Positions 37,417-47,527 of a stretch of 64,000 bases of DNA are shown piece by piece (the first letter of the stretch is position 1; each line of letters begins with the position of its first letter). The stretch comes from Spirochaetaceae bacterium. Its GTDB lineage: Bacteria > Spirochaetota > Leptospiria > Leptospirales > Leptonemataceae. The stretch is from contig PCBI01000005.1 in assembly GCA_002730875.1 (NCBI GenBank), positions 901,191-965,190 on the forward strand, given 5' to 3'. The notes under the pieces were generated by a model. That model made no database searches. It was not told where the DNA came from and saw nothing but the letters and a program-made list of their open reading frames with translations. A program made the position numbers and the translations under genes.

Positions 37417-38358
37417 ATGAGCTACGCTCCAGAATCCATTGCCTATCATCAAGGTGAATACAAGCCTCTGAAAGACTGCAATGTGAATATTATGACCCAT
37501 GCGCTTCAGTATGGCACCATGGTATTCGGCGGCCTAAGAGGATACTATGATGCGGAATCGGACAACGTCTATCTGTTCCGTCCGGAAGACCATATGCGGC
37601 GCCTCCACCGAAGCGCCCACATAATGCAGATGGTTCCGCCATTGAGCGAATCCAAAATGGTGGAAGTGGCTCTGGAGATTACCCGTCGAAACAACTACCG
37701 CTGTAACGTGTACTACCGGCCATTCGTCTACAAGGACGCTCTACAACTGTCGCCCAGATTGCACGACGTAACCGATGACTTTGCCATGTATTCGCTGGTT
37801 CTGGACGACTATCTGGATACGAGCCGCGGTATGCGCACCGTGGTTTCCAGCTGGCGACGAATTGACGAAAACATCATTCCTACACGCGCCAAGGTTTCCG
37901 GCGGTTACGCCAACTCGGCTCTGGCAAAATCGGAAGCGGTTCAACATGGTTTTGACGAAGCTATCTTTCTGGATTCACGGGGATTCGTAAGCGAAGGAAG
38001 CGCCGAAAACATCTTCATGGTGCGCGACGGAGTCTTGATCACTCCTCCGGTGACGGCCTCCGTGCTGGAAGGAATTACCCGTCGCAGCATACTGGAACTG
38101 GCCCGGCTGGAAGGAATGACCGTACTGGAGCGCGACATCGCGCGCACCGAGCTTTATATCGCTGACGAGCTTTTCTTCTGCGGCACCGGCGCGCAGGTAG
38201 CCTGGATTGAAGAAGTGGATCGGCGCATTATCGCCGATGGTCAGATCGGGCCCATCACGCGCCGACTCCGCGACCGCTTTCGTCAGGCAGTGATTGGCAA
38301 AGATCCGGAAACCAGAAACTGGGTGCGACCTGTATTCGAATCCCGGGTTAATGCTTGA
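37417..38358 (+). CDS. ilvE: Branched-chain amino acid aminotransferase (class IV)
   Basis: 313 aa; 'LQYGTMVFGGLRGYY', 'KVSGGYANSALAKSEA', 'EGSAENIFMV' typical of IlvE. Confidence 0.85.
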   Translation: MSYAPESIAYHQGEYKPLKDCNVNIMTHALQYGTMVFGGLRGYYDAESDNVYLFRPEDHMRRLHRSAHIMQMVPPLSESKMVEVALEITRRNNYRCNVYYRPFVYKDALQLSPRLHDVTDDFAMYSLVLDDYLDTSRGMRTVVSSWRRIDENIIPTRAKVSGGYANSALAKSEAVQHGFDEAIFLDSRGFVSEGSAENIFMVRDGVLITPPVTASVLEGITRRSILELARLEGMTVLERDIARTELYIADELFFCGTGAQVAWIEEVDRRIIADGQIGPITRRLRDRFRQAVIGKDPETRNWVRPVFESRVNA

Positions 38359-39815
38359 TGGCCACCGGATATGAGCGAAAGCTCGGATTATCCGAAACAC
38401 TTTCCATTGTAGTCGGCCGAATTATCGGATCCGGCATTTTTCGCACCCCTGCCTCGATAATGCTGGCTGTGGGCGTGGTTTCCATGTTCTACGGAGCCTG
38501 GATCGTCGGCGGCATCATAACTATCCTTTCCGCTTTGCTCTTTGCCGAACTTGTGGCCATGGTGCCTCGATCCGGGGGCCCTTACGTTTATCTTCGCCTG
38601 GCCTATCATCCCCTGGTGGCTTTTCTTCGCGGCTGGGCCATGTTTTTCGTATCGGAAACGGCCTCCATCGTAGCCGTGGCGCTGGTTTTTTCTGCGTACG
38701 GACTCGGGCTGGTAGCACAGATTTGGCCGGACTCCATCGTCGGTCTGGACGTGGTCAGCTCGCTTTTGATTCGCGGAAGCATTGCATTTGCGCTAATCTG
38801 GTTGCTTACCCTTGCGAATTGCTTCGGTGTCTTTTTGAGCGGCGTTATACAGGACATCTTTAGCGTAGTTAAGATTGGCGCATTGCTACTGATAGCCGCC
38901 GCCTGCTTTGGCTCTTCGCCGGACTTTTCGCATTTCGGAATGGAAGTAGTGACGCCGCCGGACAAGAATGCGCCGGAGGCCGGCAGTCTGGCCGCCTTAT
39001 TTGCGGCGTTACGATATAGCTTCTTCGCCTACAGCGGTTGGGAAGGCGCCACTTACGTGGCCGAAGAAGTAAAGCAACCGGAAAAGAATCTGCCGCGATC
39101 GTTGTTTCTGGGTATTGGCGCCGTGATGATCCTCTACCTGCTTGTGAATACGGCGTATCTGGTTCAGCTTTCGCCGCAGGAGATGGTGGAGAACCGCGCT
39201 GTGGCGGTGCAGTCCATGACCAATGCCGTTGGTATTGTAGGCGCCGTGCTTGTTGGACTGGCCATCATGATTTCTACGTTTGGCAACGTATCTTCACAGG
39301 TGCTCGTAAAAAGCAGAACCTGGCATGCCATGGCCAGAGACGGTTTATTTTTTGGATTCCTTGCGGATCTGAGCAGTCGCTATCGCACGCCTAACCGGGC
39401 CCTGATTTTCCAGGGATTCTGGGCCAGCTGTCTTCTCACTATGGCGGTAATGGGCGAACTCTTTTCCGGGGACACCGAAAAGGATAATCTGTACGAAACC
39501 CTCATCGATTTCTTTTCGTTTACCAGTACAATTTTTAATATACTGACTCTGGCGGCTGTGGCCGTGCTCCGCTACAGGTTGCCGGATATGCCGCGACCGT
39601 TCCGGGTGCCGTATCTTTCGGTAGTTCTGGGAGTGGTGATGCTTGTTCAGGGCGCTTTTCTAATCTATACGCTCATCGATAAGCCGATGCATTCTCTTCT
39701 GGGAGTGGCGCTTACTCTAACCGGGCTCGTCTATTGGTACGGTTTTGTAGATCCGGAAAAAAGGAAACCGGTCAGCCATGATCAGATTCTGGCAGAACTG
39801 AAAAAAAACGATTGA
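38355..39815 (+). CDS. APC superfamily amino acid permease
   Basis: 12-TM protein; 'SIVVGRIIGSGIFRTPASIM' amino-acid permease signature region; ATGA overlap with ilvE. Confidence 0.8.
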   Translation: MMATGYERKLGLSETLSIVVGRIIGSGIFRTPASIMLAVGVVSMFYGAWIVGGIITILSALLFAELVAMVPRSGGPYVYLRLAYHPLVAFLRGWAMFFVSETASIVAVALVFSAYGLGLVAQIWPDSIVGLDVVSSLLIRGSIAFALIWLLTLANCFGVFLSGVIQDIFSVVKIGALLLIAAACFGSSPDFSHFGMEVVTPPDKNAPEAGSLAALFAALRYSFFAYSGWEGATYVAEEVKQPEKNLPRSLFLGIGAVMILYLLVNTAYLVQLSPQEMVENRAVAVQSMTNAVGIVGAVLVGLAIMISTFGNVSSQVLVKSRTWHAMARDGLFFGFLADLSSRYRTPNRALIFQGFWASCLLTMAVMGELFSGDTEKDNLYETLIDFFSFTSTIFNILTLAAVAVLRYRLPDMPRPFRVPYLSVVLGVVMLVQGAFLIYTLIDKPMHSLLGVALTLTGLVYWYGFVDPEKRKPVSHDQILAELKKND

Positions 39816-39925
39816 GAAAGCGTTCGAAGCACGTCTAAATCTGCATCATGATAAGCCCATTCGCAAAGTCCATCTATGGATTTGTCCGTCCGTTGTGCTT
39901 CCGCTTTCCAGCGGCGCTCCGCCGC

Positions 39926-40261
39926 ATGTTTTTGAGCACTGTGCGTTCGGGATTCCCCGTGTCCCTGCTTCTGGGCCTGCCGCTGGCCACATTGCTTTTT
40001 GCCGGCGCTCCACTGCAGGCCGACGGCTGCTACATCTGCAAACCCGGAAGCGCGGCGAATTGCAAACATTACTGCAAGTACAGGGGCGAAGACGACTGGG
40101 AGAACCGTAAAAAATGCGAAAAGGCGGGCTGCGACATTGGCGGAACAGCCAGCTGTCCTACGGAGGGCGGCTACCAGGTGTGCTACGTCATTCTGGACCC
40201 GCAAGATCCGGCCAATTATCTGTCCTGGCGCTTTGGCCTGGATCACCTCTCCGACCAGTAA
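39926..40261 (+). CDS. Small secreted cysteine-rich protein
   Basis: Signal peptide 'MFLSTVRSGFPVSLLLGLPLATLLFAGAPLQA', then 8 Cys in ~70 aa ('CYICKPGSAANCKHYCKY..CEKAGCDIGGTASC..CYV'). Confidence 0.45.
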   Translation: MFLSTVRSGFPVSLLLGLPLATLLFAGAPLQADGCYICKPGSAANCKHYCKYRGEDDWENRKKCEKAGCDIGGTASCPTEGGYQVCYVILDPQDPANYLSWRFGLDHLSDQ

Positions 40262-40339
40262 CGGCCGAGCCCGAGCCTGCGGGGGAATCGCTCCCCCATG
40301 ACTGTCCTCCTGCGCGGAGAATCCCCGTAAAAAGCCCTG

Positions 40340-41131
40340 TTACGAGCTTTCTTCCGGTTCCGCTGTCCCGGACAGGGCTTCTTCACGTTTGCGATGCTGC
40401 TGCGTATGGGTCTTAAGGTCAAAGTAGATTTTCAGAGCCACAAAAACGCATAGAAAGGCGATGCCTGCCCATTCCTTGCCGGTCAATGTCATAACTCCCG
40501 TATAGAGCGAAGCGCCAAAAATGATTGTTAGGTGCATTACGAAGATGCGCGAATAGGGAAGCATCATAAGGTCTTTATCCGGAATGGCGCGGTACTCCTT
40601 CTTCATAAAATCATGCACCACCAGGGAATTCAGATGGCCCAGAAAGATTGCCGCGAGAATGGCCACCTGAAAGGGTTCGGCCACGGCGAGGTCCCCGCTA
40701 TGTTTGAATGCCTCCGATGAGAAACCTGTCCAGTTAAGCAGAGTATCCACAAAGTCTGGATCTCTTCCGTAAACCAGAAGGGCCGGAAGCACCACCAGAA
40801 ATACCAGGTGACCGGCATTGAATCCGTTGAAATGTATCAGAAAGAAAAAAGCCATAAAAAGCAGGGACATCATTCGGATCGGATTCTTCAGGTCCGGCGC
40901 CGGGGAGAATGCGGATAGCAGGAATCGCATAAAATGGATGATTCCAATGCAGACGCTTTCGAACCAGAAGAGAAACATTAGCTGCCATGCATCCCAGCGA
41001 AAGAAGATGGTGCCGGCAATAATGAGCAGGTTGGCGATTACCAGAATCGTCGAGCTATAAACCAGGTTCCTGGAAGCCCCTCCCAGTTGCGGTAAGATGA
41101 ACTGAAATATTCTAAAGATCCACTGAGTCAT
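40340..41131 (-). CDS. Hypothetical polytopic membrane protein
   Basis: 263 aa with about 7 hydrophobic helices; no motif. Confidence 0.55.
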   Translation of the reverse strand: MTQWIFRIFQFILPQLGGASRNLVYSSTILVIANLLIIAGTIFFRWDAWQLMFLFWFESVCIGIIHFMRFLLSAFSPAPDLKNPIRMMSLLFMAFFFLIHFNGFNAGHLVFLVVLPALLVYGRDPDFVDTLLNWTGFSSEAFKHSGDLAVAEPFQVAILAAIFLGHLNSLVVHDFMKKEYRAIPDKDLMMLPYSRIFVMHLTIIFGASLYTGVMTLTGKEWAGIAFLCVFVALKIYFDLKTHTQQHRKREEALSGTAEPEESS

Positions 41132-41292
41132 CGCTTTCTCCCGCTGACCAGAGATACCAGACGGCCGGATATGACAAGACGGTAATTGGCGGACGACGCA
41201 TTTGTGAGACTGCTCAAGCGCACTCAGAAAATCGGGGCTCCACCGCGTGGGGCCGCAGCTGCGCCGTCCGATGTCAGAGACGATATCTGCTT

Positions 41293-42222
41293 TCAGAGAT
41301 CCCGGTCGGGCATAAGCGATTGTAGCTCCGAAAGGACCTGGCAGAACTCGCTTTGAATCTTTCCGTTGCTGGCTATGAGCAGCGGCATGCCCGGTATATA
41401 TTTTTCGCCCGCCAGATTGGTTACTGCGCCGCCTGCTTCGCGCACTATACAGGTGGCCGCCGCCGTATCCCAGGGCTTCAAGAAGAATTCATAATGAGCG
41501 TCGAAAATCCCTTCGGCCAGATAGGTCATGTCCACACAGCATGCTCCGGTTCTTCGCAGACCACGGGCGTTCTGCAAAGTCAGCTTGATTCCGGTGAGCA
41601 ACGTATCCAGAAATTCCTGCCGTGAATACGGAAAGCCGGTAACTACCAGGCACTGCGATAGCTCGCCCCTGTCAGAAACCCGGATTGGTTTTCCGTTCTT
41701 GAAGGCTCCATTGCCCTGGATGGCTGTGTATAGATCGCCGGTAGCTGGATGTAATATGGCGCCGGCCACACAATCGGAACCCTGCATGATTCCTGCAGAG
41801 ATGGCGTACTGCGGACTTCCGTGGGTGTAATTTACGGTTCCGTCCAGAGGATCCAGCACCCACTGATACTGGCCCTGTCCGGCACCTTGCGTCCATTGAA
41901 TTGTACTGGCTCCCGCCTTCTCCCTGGTCTCATTGTGGCTGTCTTCCGCCGGCCTGGCCCGGTTGGCCTGCTTATCAGATGATCCGCTGGTTCGGGCCGC
42001 TGTTTCGCCGGATTCTTCCGCAAGTATGGAGTCTTCGGGGAAGGAGCTCTGAATTGCCTGGATCAGTATATCTTCGCTTTCTTTGTCGGCCCGGGTTACC
42101 AGGTCCCGGGGATTGCTTTTGGACGATACCTGTAGGTCTCCGTGTTGCAGGCTACGCAGTAGCTCCGCGCTGCGCTCCATGGCCGGAATGATGGTGTCCA
42201 GACGCTTCTGCAGATCCGGCAT
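41293..42222 (-). CDS. Inositol monophosphatase family protein (SuhB-like) with internal insertion
   Basis: 'VLDPLDGTVNYTHG' and 'WDTAAA' IMPase motifs; ~45-aa low-complexity insert; start MPDLQ right after the FmdB stop. Confidence 0.7.
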   Translation of the reverse strand: MPDLQKRLDTIIPAMERSAELLRSLQHGDLQVSSKSNPRDLVTRADKESEDILIQAIQSSFPEDSILAEESGETAARTSGSSDKQANRARPAEDSHNETREKAGASTIQWTQGAGQGQYQWVLDPLDGTVNYTHGSPQYAISAGIMQGSDCVAGAILHPATGDLYTAIQGNGAFKNGKPIRVSDRGELSQCLVVTGFPYSRQEFLDTLLTGIKLTLQNARGLRRTGACCVDMTYLAEGIFDAHYEFFLKPWDTAAATCIVREAGGAVTNLAGEKYIPGMPLLIASNGKIQSEFCQVLSELQSLMPDRDL

Positions 42223-42224
42223 TT

Positions 42225-42455
42225 TTAGTTCTGCGGAAAGCAGCCGCAGGCGGATCCGCATGGACCGCCGCTCTGGAAAGATCTCTCCGGAAGACGATCG
42301 GAAGAGCCCACCGCCACCGCCGCAAATAGTTGATGCGTGTTTTTGGACCCGCAATTGGGACATTCCACCGGATTGCCCACTTCTTTTTGGGCCAGGGAAA
42401 GCTTCACCTCGGCGGTGTTCTGGCAGTCATCGCATTTGTAATCGTAGTAAGGCAT
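42225..42455 (-). CDS. FmdB family zinc-ribbon protein
   Basis: 'MPYYDYKCDDCQN...ECPNCGS' CxxC...CxxC. Confidence 0.7.
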   Translation of the reverse strand: MPYYDYKCDDCQNTAEVKLSLAQKEVGNPVECPNCGSKNTHQLFAAVAVGSSDRLPERSFQSGGPCGSACGCFPQN

Positions 42456-42534
42456 AATCGCAAGGAAGCCCGGCGGTGAACGGGTAGCAACTAAAAATCC
42501 TTTGCCAGGAAGCGCCCCGGAGGATGCTGCCGGC

Positions 42535-43215
42535 ATGCTTGACGTTTACCTGATACGGCATGGAGAGACAATCTACAACAGCCAGCATCGAATCCAGGGG
42601 ACTCTGGACTCGGCGCTTTCCGAAAAAGGAAAGCGGCAATGCGAATCCCTGGGCCGTTCTTTGCAGCGACGCCTGCAGGGGCTGGAAATACATGACTGGT
42701 ACGTATCGCCTCAAGGCCGGGCCCGCCAATCGTCCGCCATTATTCGTCAATTCCTGGGCCGCTCGGACCTCCCCGAAGAGACCGTGGAGAACGATCTTAG
42801 AGAGATCGACTGCGGCGAAGCGGAGGGCATGATTCGTTTTGATCTGGACGCCGAGCTCCTGGAGAATCTGCATCGGGATCCGTATCAGAGGTATCCGGGT
42901 GGCCAGAGCGTGGCGGATCTAATCGAACGGGGAAAATCTCTGCGGGATACGATTCTGCGTGTGCCCGGAAAGGAAGAAATCCCCCGGGATTCGATTCCGG
43001 TTTCTCTGGAAAGGCAGCAAACGCGAAGGGTGGTGATCGTTTCCCATGGCAATTTTATTCGTGCCCTGGCTACGGCTCTTACCGGTATGCCGCCGGAGTT
43101 CTCTCTACGAATAAGTAAAGGCAATACCGGACTGAGCCATCTGGCCCGTCGCACCGGCGAAAAGGATTTTAAGATTTATTTGTGGAATGACCTTTCGCAT
43201 GCGGCAGAAGTCTAG
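42535..43215 (+). CDS. Histidine phosphatase (phosphoglycerate mutase) family protein
   Basis: 'VYLIRHGETIYN' RHG motif; C-terminal 'VVIVSHGNFIRAL'. Confidence 0.75.
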   Translation: MLDVYLIRHGETIYNSQHRIQGTLDSALSEKGKRQCESLGRSLQRRLQGLEIHDWYVSPQGRARQSSAIIRQFLGRSDLPEETVENDLREIDCGEAEGMIRFDLDAELLENLHRDPYQRYPGGQSVADLIERGKSLRDTILRVPGKEEIPRDSIPVSLERQQTRRVVIVSHGNFIRALATALTGMPPEFSLRISKGNTGLSHLARRTGEKDFKIYLWNDLSHAAEV

Positions 43216-43371
43216 CCCGTCGGATTGTTCGGCGGGTAGATGGCAGGTCGACAATATCTATGCCTGGCAGGCCCGTTCACGGGATTGTCCACGGGCCGTT
43301 TCGACGATAGAGCGGATAGAGACAATAGGGCGGATAGAGCCAGAAAGGTGCGGGCTCCTTCAATCCGGTTA

Positions 43372-45519
43372 CTATTCTTCGGGCAGGTGATTCAGATACT
43401 GAAGCATGGCGCGAAAGAAGAGTTTATCTTCTTCTTTCGTGTTTAGCTGGATCGTGGTTCCGCCGCTAACCTGTACGCCAGAGGCCTGGTCCAATTTGCT
43501 TTTGAACTTCTCAATCAGTTCCTTCTTGTGACCATGAACATAATCGTGTCCGGCATAAACGTGACCCTTCCCGGGTACCGGAATACGAATTAAGGCCGCG
43601 GTGGATTGCGCTCCTGCATCCACAAGACCCAGGACCTTCTGGGCGATCTCCCGCTGGTTGGCATTTGCCAGTCTGAGCACCTGCTCCCGGTCGGGATAGA
43701 AGCTCTTGTCCCACATCATATTCACCTGGGTTAGCAGATAGTTCAGAACCTCCTGGGCTTCGTGGTCGAATCCGGCGGAATCCTGTTTGCTATTGAGATC
43801 CGCCAGCGGGGAGCTTTCTTCGCGTGCTCGCTGTCGGGCCAGGGTCTTTACGTCCTGTTTCGCCCGTTTAGTGTTCGCCCGGCTCTTTCTTTCTGCACGA
43901 CTTCTTTCCTCTTCGCCCCGCTCCATATCCAGGCGTCGCTGGATCTTCTTGATTTTCGCATCGCTAATGCGCTTGCCAGTGAGCGCCATCCAGATTCGCT
44001 CCAGGGGCGAAAGGTATGCCTTGTAGGAGTCTCGAATCGCTTCCCTCAGTTGCTCCAGGTATGCGGGGGCCACATAGTGCTTGAGTTCGGAATCCGGTAA
44101 TTTGTTTAGCTGCAGCAGGTCTTCCAGAATTCGAATCAGAAATGTGTCTTCTGTTTTGTTGTATGAGTCCAGAGCTGTTTGAATGGCCTGACCCGTGATG
44201 GTACGGTCTTTGTAGAGCAAATAGATAGTGTCATAGTCTGATGCTTCGCGGTGACCGCCCTTGCTCAGCGGTGGATCCGCCGCAATGAGGACCGGGCTGT
44301 TGGATTCGTTCAAGAACAGATTCAGGTACTTTTCGTCTATGTTAATCTTCCTTCCATTCTTTGCGCGAAAGATCCCCTTCTGGCCCTTTAATCGCTGCAG
44401 TATCTGCTGAATCTCTTGCTTCTGCTTATCCTTCTTATGCTCTTTCGACTTTTCGTCATACCATTGTCGCAAACGAATGGCTTCGGCCGCTATTTCCACC
44501 AGGAAGCCGGGGATGCTTTCTTGCGACTTTGCATGTTCCAGAAGGAAGTGTGCCCCGGTTTCGGCCGCGTCTTCAAGATGGCCGGATTGCATGAAGCGGT
44601 GCATCTGCTGTCGGGTTCGGTCGTCCACCAGTTCCAGAACTGCCTGATGACTCAGGATTTCGCACAGCCTGGCGAATCGATGCTGTACATTTTCCAGGAT
44701 GTTAAACAATACAATGTCAGGAATCTTCTGGCCGGTCTGGTTTCGGATGTCCTGACAGGAAAGACTGAAGATCATCTTCTCCCGCAGAAGATCCATAACT
44801 AGCGGCCGAAATAGTTTGATCCGCAGGGACTGATTGACTCGCTTCAGAGTGACTTCATCGGAATGGCCATCTTCGTCCTCTTCCTGAACTGCTGCCCCGG
44901 CATTCATGGAAGAGAAATACATATTGCCCAGCATGGATTCCACGCGCCCGGCTCGGGGATTGGCATCCTGTATTTTGTTAAAGGCAGGCCCGCCGGGCAA
45001 GGGCGGATCCAGATCCCGGATCATGGACTTAATATGAACCAGGTTGTTGCGAATCGTAGAGCGATAAGCCACTGACACCTTGTCCGGATGCTTTTCGGTT
45101 GGAGCCACCAGTCTGGTAACGAATTCGGGCGAAGTGGCGTTAGTTGGGATCTCGCGTAAAATGTGCAGGAATGGCGGGGACTGCACGGACATCAGACAAA
45201 CGGTTCGCAGCAGCTCAGCTTCCGACGGCATGGGGGTCTTGTCGGAAATGGCCCGCTTGTGCATCTGCAGATCGCCATAAATGTCGGCCAGGGAAGGATA
45301 ATAGGCGTCCTTGCCAGCCCGGGCTCCGGTGAGAAAGCTTTGCACCAGGTCATAAACCTGGTTGGCCAACCTGGATCGGCTCTTGAGCGGAGCGATGATC
45401 CTGGAATCGTCCAGCTGAAGATTGCTCAAGGTCTTCAGAGCCACATCCGGGGCCATTGCATCGAAAATGCCGCTGCCTTCCCCCTTTTCCTGGGAAGCGG
45501 CGCTCTGATTCTCGCTCAC
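43372..45519 (-). CDS. Large (715 aa) hypothetical cytoplasmic protein with central coiled-coil/charged region
   Basis: Long intact ORF with no recognised domain; lysine/arginine-rich helix 'KKIQRRLDMERGEEERSRAERKSRANTKRAKQD'; His-rich 'GKGHVYAGHDYVHGHKKE'. Confidence 0.6.
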   Translation of the reverse strand: MSENQSAASQEKGEGSGIFDAMAPDVALKTLSNLQLDDSRIIAPLKSRSRLANQVYDLVQSFLTGARAGKDAYYPSLADIYGDLQMHKRAISDKTPMPSEAELLRTVCLMSVQSPPFLHILREIPTNATSPEFVTRLVAPTEKHPDKVSVAYRSTIRNNLVHIKSMIRDLDPPLPGGPAFNKIQDANPRAGRVESMLGNMYFSSMNAGAAVQEEDEDGHSDEVTLKRVNQSLRIKLFRPLVMDLLREKMIFSLSCQDIRNQTGQKIPDIVLFNILENVQHRFARLCEILSHQAVLELVDDRTRQQMHRFMQSGHLEDAAETGAHFLLEHAKSQESIPGFLVEIAAEAIRLRQWYDEKSKEHKKDKQKQEIQQILQRLKGQKGIFRAKNGRKINIDEKYLNLFLNESNSPVLIAADPPLSKGGHREASDYDTIYLLYKDRTITGQAIQTALDSYNKTEDTFLIRILEDLLQLNKLPDSELKHYVAPAYLEQLREAIRDSYKAYLSPLERIWMALTGKRISDAKIKKIQRRLDMERGEEERSRAERKSRANTKRAKQDVKTLARQRAREESSPLADLNSKQDSAGFDHEAQEVLNYLLTQVNMMWDKSFYPDREQVLRLANANQREIAQKVLGLVDAGAQSTAALIRIPVPGKGHVYAGHDYVHGHKKELIEKFKSKLDQASGVQVSGGTTIQLNTKEEDKLFFRAMLQYLNHLPEE

Positions 45520-45674
45520 ATTACTTGCTTATCATGCTGCCTCCAGAAAGGCAAGTAATGCGCAAACATTATGGCCCTTTTCGGGAAGCTGGTACCCTAA
45601 TCCAGGTAGGCTATGGGCGCGATTATGGGTGGTTGTGTCGACGCTCCTCTTGAAGAGGAGATCTGACTCCGAGG

Positions 45675-46292
45675 CTATTCCTGATCCGGCAGGGGTTCTG
45701 GCTGACGATTCAGGCTTCGGTAAGAGCCGGCAATATCCCAGCCGGCTTCGTCCGGCAGAAGCAGAGACCCCACGATGCAGGCGCCGAGCACTCCCGGATA
45801 GATCCAGAAAGGAAGTAGTATCTCGTAGGTTGTTTCGGGATGGAAGTTCACATGAAGCAACGACGGCCAGATAAGTCCAACGATCCAGGCAACCATAGCC
45901 ACGCTGGCGATGGTAAGGTACAGGATGCGTCGGTAGGGAAACTGAATAAGAACGGCAATCATGCCAAGAACGCCGGCAAATGTGAAAAATGTCCAGAATC
46001 TGGAACGAACTCCATAGAATTCGATCTGTTCAAACTGGATCTGATAGCTGAACCACGGCCAGCCCGCAACCAGCACCGTAACGAATGATAGCAGCAATAA
46101 GACCCAGCCCCCGCCCAGCGAACTAAGAAAATCGATCAACAGCTTGTAGGCGCCCTGAATCAGCCTCCACCAACCGCGAAAAAAGGCAACGGGCGTCTTC
46201 CAGATCAGGGCAATTAGGTTTTGTATGGCCTGGCTCATTGGTTTTAGGATCGATCGTTCAAACTGGCGACTTTGAGGGGGAGCTAACGGCAA
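45675..46292 (-). CDS. Hypothetical membrane protein
   Basis: 4-5 TM helices; no motif; start uncertain. Confidence 0.45.
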   Translation of the reverse strand: MPLAPPQSRQFERSILKPMSQAIQNLIALIWKTPVAFFRGWWRLIQGAYKLLIDFLSSLGGGWVLLLLSFVTVLVAGWPWFSYQIQFEQIEFYGVRSRFWTFFTFAGVLGMIAVLIQFPYRRILYLTIASVAMVAWIVGLIWPSLLHVNFHPETTYEILLPFWIYPGVLGACIVGSLLLPDEAGWDIAGSYRSLNRQPEPLPDQE

Positions 46293-46313
46293 CCATTGCT
46301 TTCCACTCCGGAA

Positions 46314-46769
46314 TTAGTCCTGAACCTCAAATAGCATTTCAAGCTCCACCGCAGCGTTCAGTGGTAGGGCCGCCACTCCCACGGCCGCTCGACTGTGTAT
46401 ACCTGCCTGGCCCAGGATTTGCTGCGCCAGGTTCGAGGCGCCGTTGGCAACGATGTGATGACCATGAAAGTCGGGGCTGGAAGAGACGAATGCTCCCAAA
46501 CGGACTAGCTGCTTTATGCTATCCAGATCGGCCACCGTGGAAAGTGCCGCCAGACCGTTCAGGAAGCACTGGGCCATGGCGGCCTGGGCTGCTTCCACAT
46601 CGTCGTCGGTCTTTAGTTGCCCCATAAGGATGAGCTTGCCATCCCTTACAGGAAGCTGACCGCTGATAAAGACCTGGTTTCCGATTCTTTTGGCCGGCAC
46701 GTAGGAAGCCACAGGAGGATTCACCACCGGCAACTCCAGTCCGAGTTCCTTTAGCTTTTCACGTACCAT
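46314..46769 (-). CDS. RidA/YjgF family protein
   Basis: About 150 aa; 'QVFISGQLP...GKLI' and 'AAVGVAALPLNAAVELEM' fit the Rid-family fold signature. Confidence 0.7.
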   Translation of the reverse strand: MVREKLKELGLELPVVNPPVASYVPAKRIGNQVFISGQLPVRDGKLILMGQLKTDDDVEAAQAAMAQCFLNGLAALSTVADLDSIKQLVRLGAFVSSSPDFHGHHIVANGASNLAQQILGQAGIHSRAAVGVAALPLNAAVELEMLFEVQD

Positions 46770-46878
46770 ACCTACGGCATGGCCGGCGGGGCTGCTGGAT
46801 GCAAACCTTTTTGCATCATAGGGTTGCTACTCCGGACGGGTAAGCCCGGATGCGATGAAAATGGGCCCTGTAATGCGC

Positions 46879-47394
46879 TTAATTGTAGAGCGAATCGTCG
46901 CCGGGCTGGAAGATGGTTCGTGCTCCTGCGTAGGTGTTTTTCCAGTATTTCAGCCTGAGATCAGCCAGACTTACGTTTTTTCCGCTCGAAGGGGCGTGAA
47001 TGAACCTGTAATTCCCTACATAAATGCCCACATGCGAGATTGACTTTCCATCAATGCGAAAGAATACCAGGTCGCCGACTTCCGGTACACGGACAGGCCG
47101 CAGAGCAGTGTACTGGCTGGATGCGGATCGAGGAATGGAATAGCCTGCTTCTTTGTACACGTAACTTGTAAGTCCGGAACAATCGAAGCCCGAAGGCGAG
47201 TAGCCCCCCGGTCTATACGGCACGCCCAGATATTGCTCGGCCAGACGAGCGATTCCGCCGCCGTCATACACAGTGATCCTGCGATGGTTCACTTCGGTGG
47301 TGTCCTCCGGGCTATAGGCCACCACTACGGCCGCTGGTATCAAAAATGCCAGGGCAAGCAGGCTCAATTTCCATCTGGCTCTTCGCTTCATCAT
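46879..47394 (-). CDS. NlpC/P60 (C40) family cell-wall peptidase
   Basis: Signal peptide 'MMKRRARWKLSLLALAFLIPAAVV'; 'GFDCSGLTSYVY' catalytic Cys; 'HVGIYVGNYRFIHA' His. Confidence 0.75.
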   Translation of the reverse strand: MMKRRARWKLSLLALAFLIPAAVVVAYSPEDTTEVNHRRITVYDGGGIARLAEQYLGVPYRPGGYSPSGFDCSGLTSYVYKEAGYSIPRSASSQYTALRPVRVPEVGDLVFFRIDGKSISHVGIYVGNYRFIHAPSSGKNVSLADLRLKYWKNTYAGARTIFQPGDDSLYN

Positions 47395-47527
47395 CTGAGA
47401 GTCCCCATTGCTTTCTATTATCGGCATTTCTGAACCTGCTTTAATACCACAGCCGCAAATTGGTCATTCCAGGGATGGCTGAATCCCGACTGGATCACTA
47501 TTTGGAAAGCCAGAGCCAATCCGAAGT

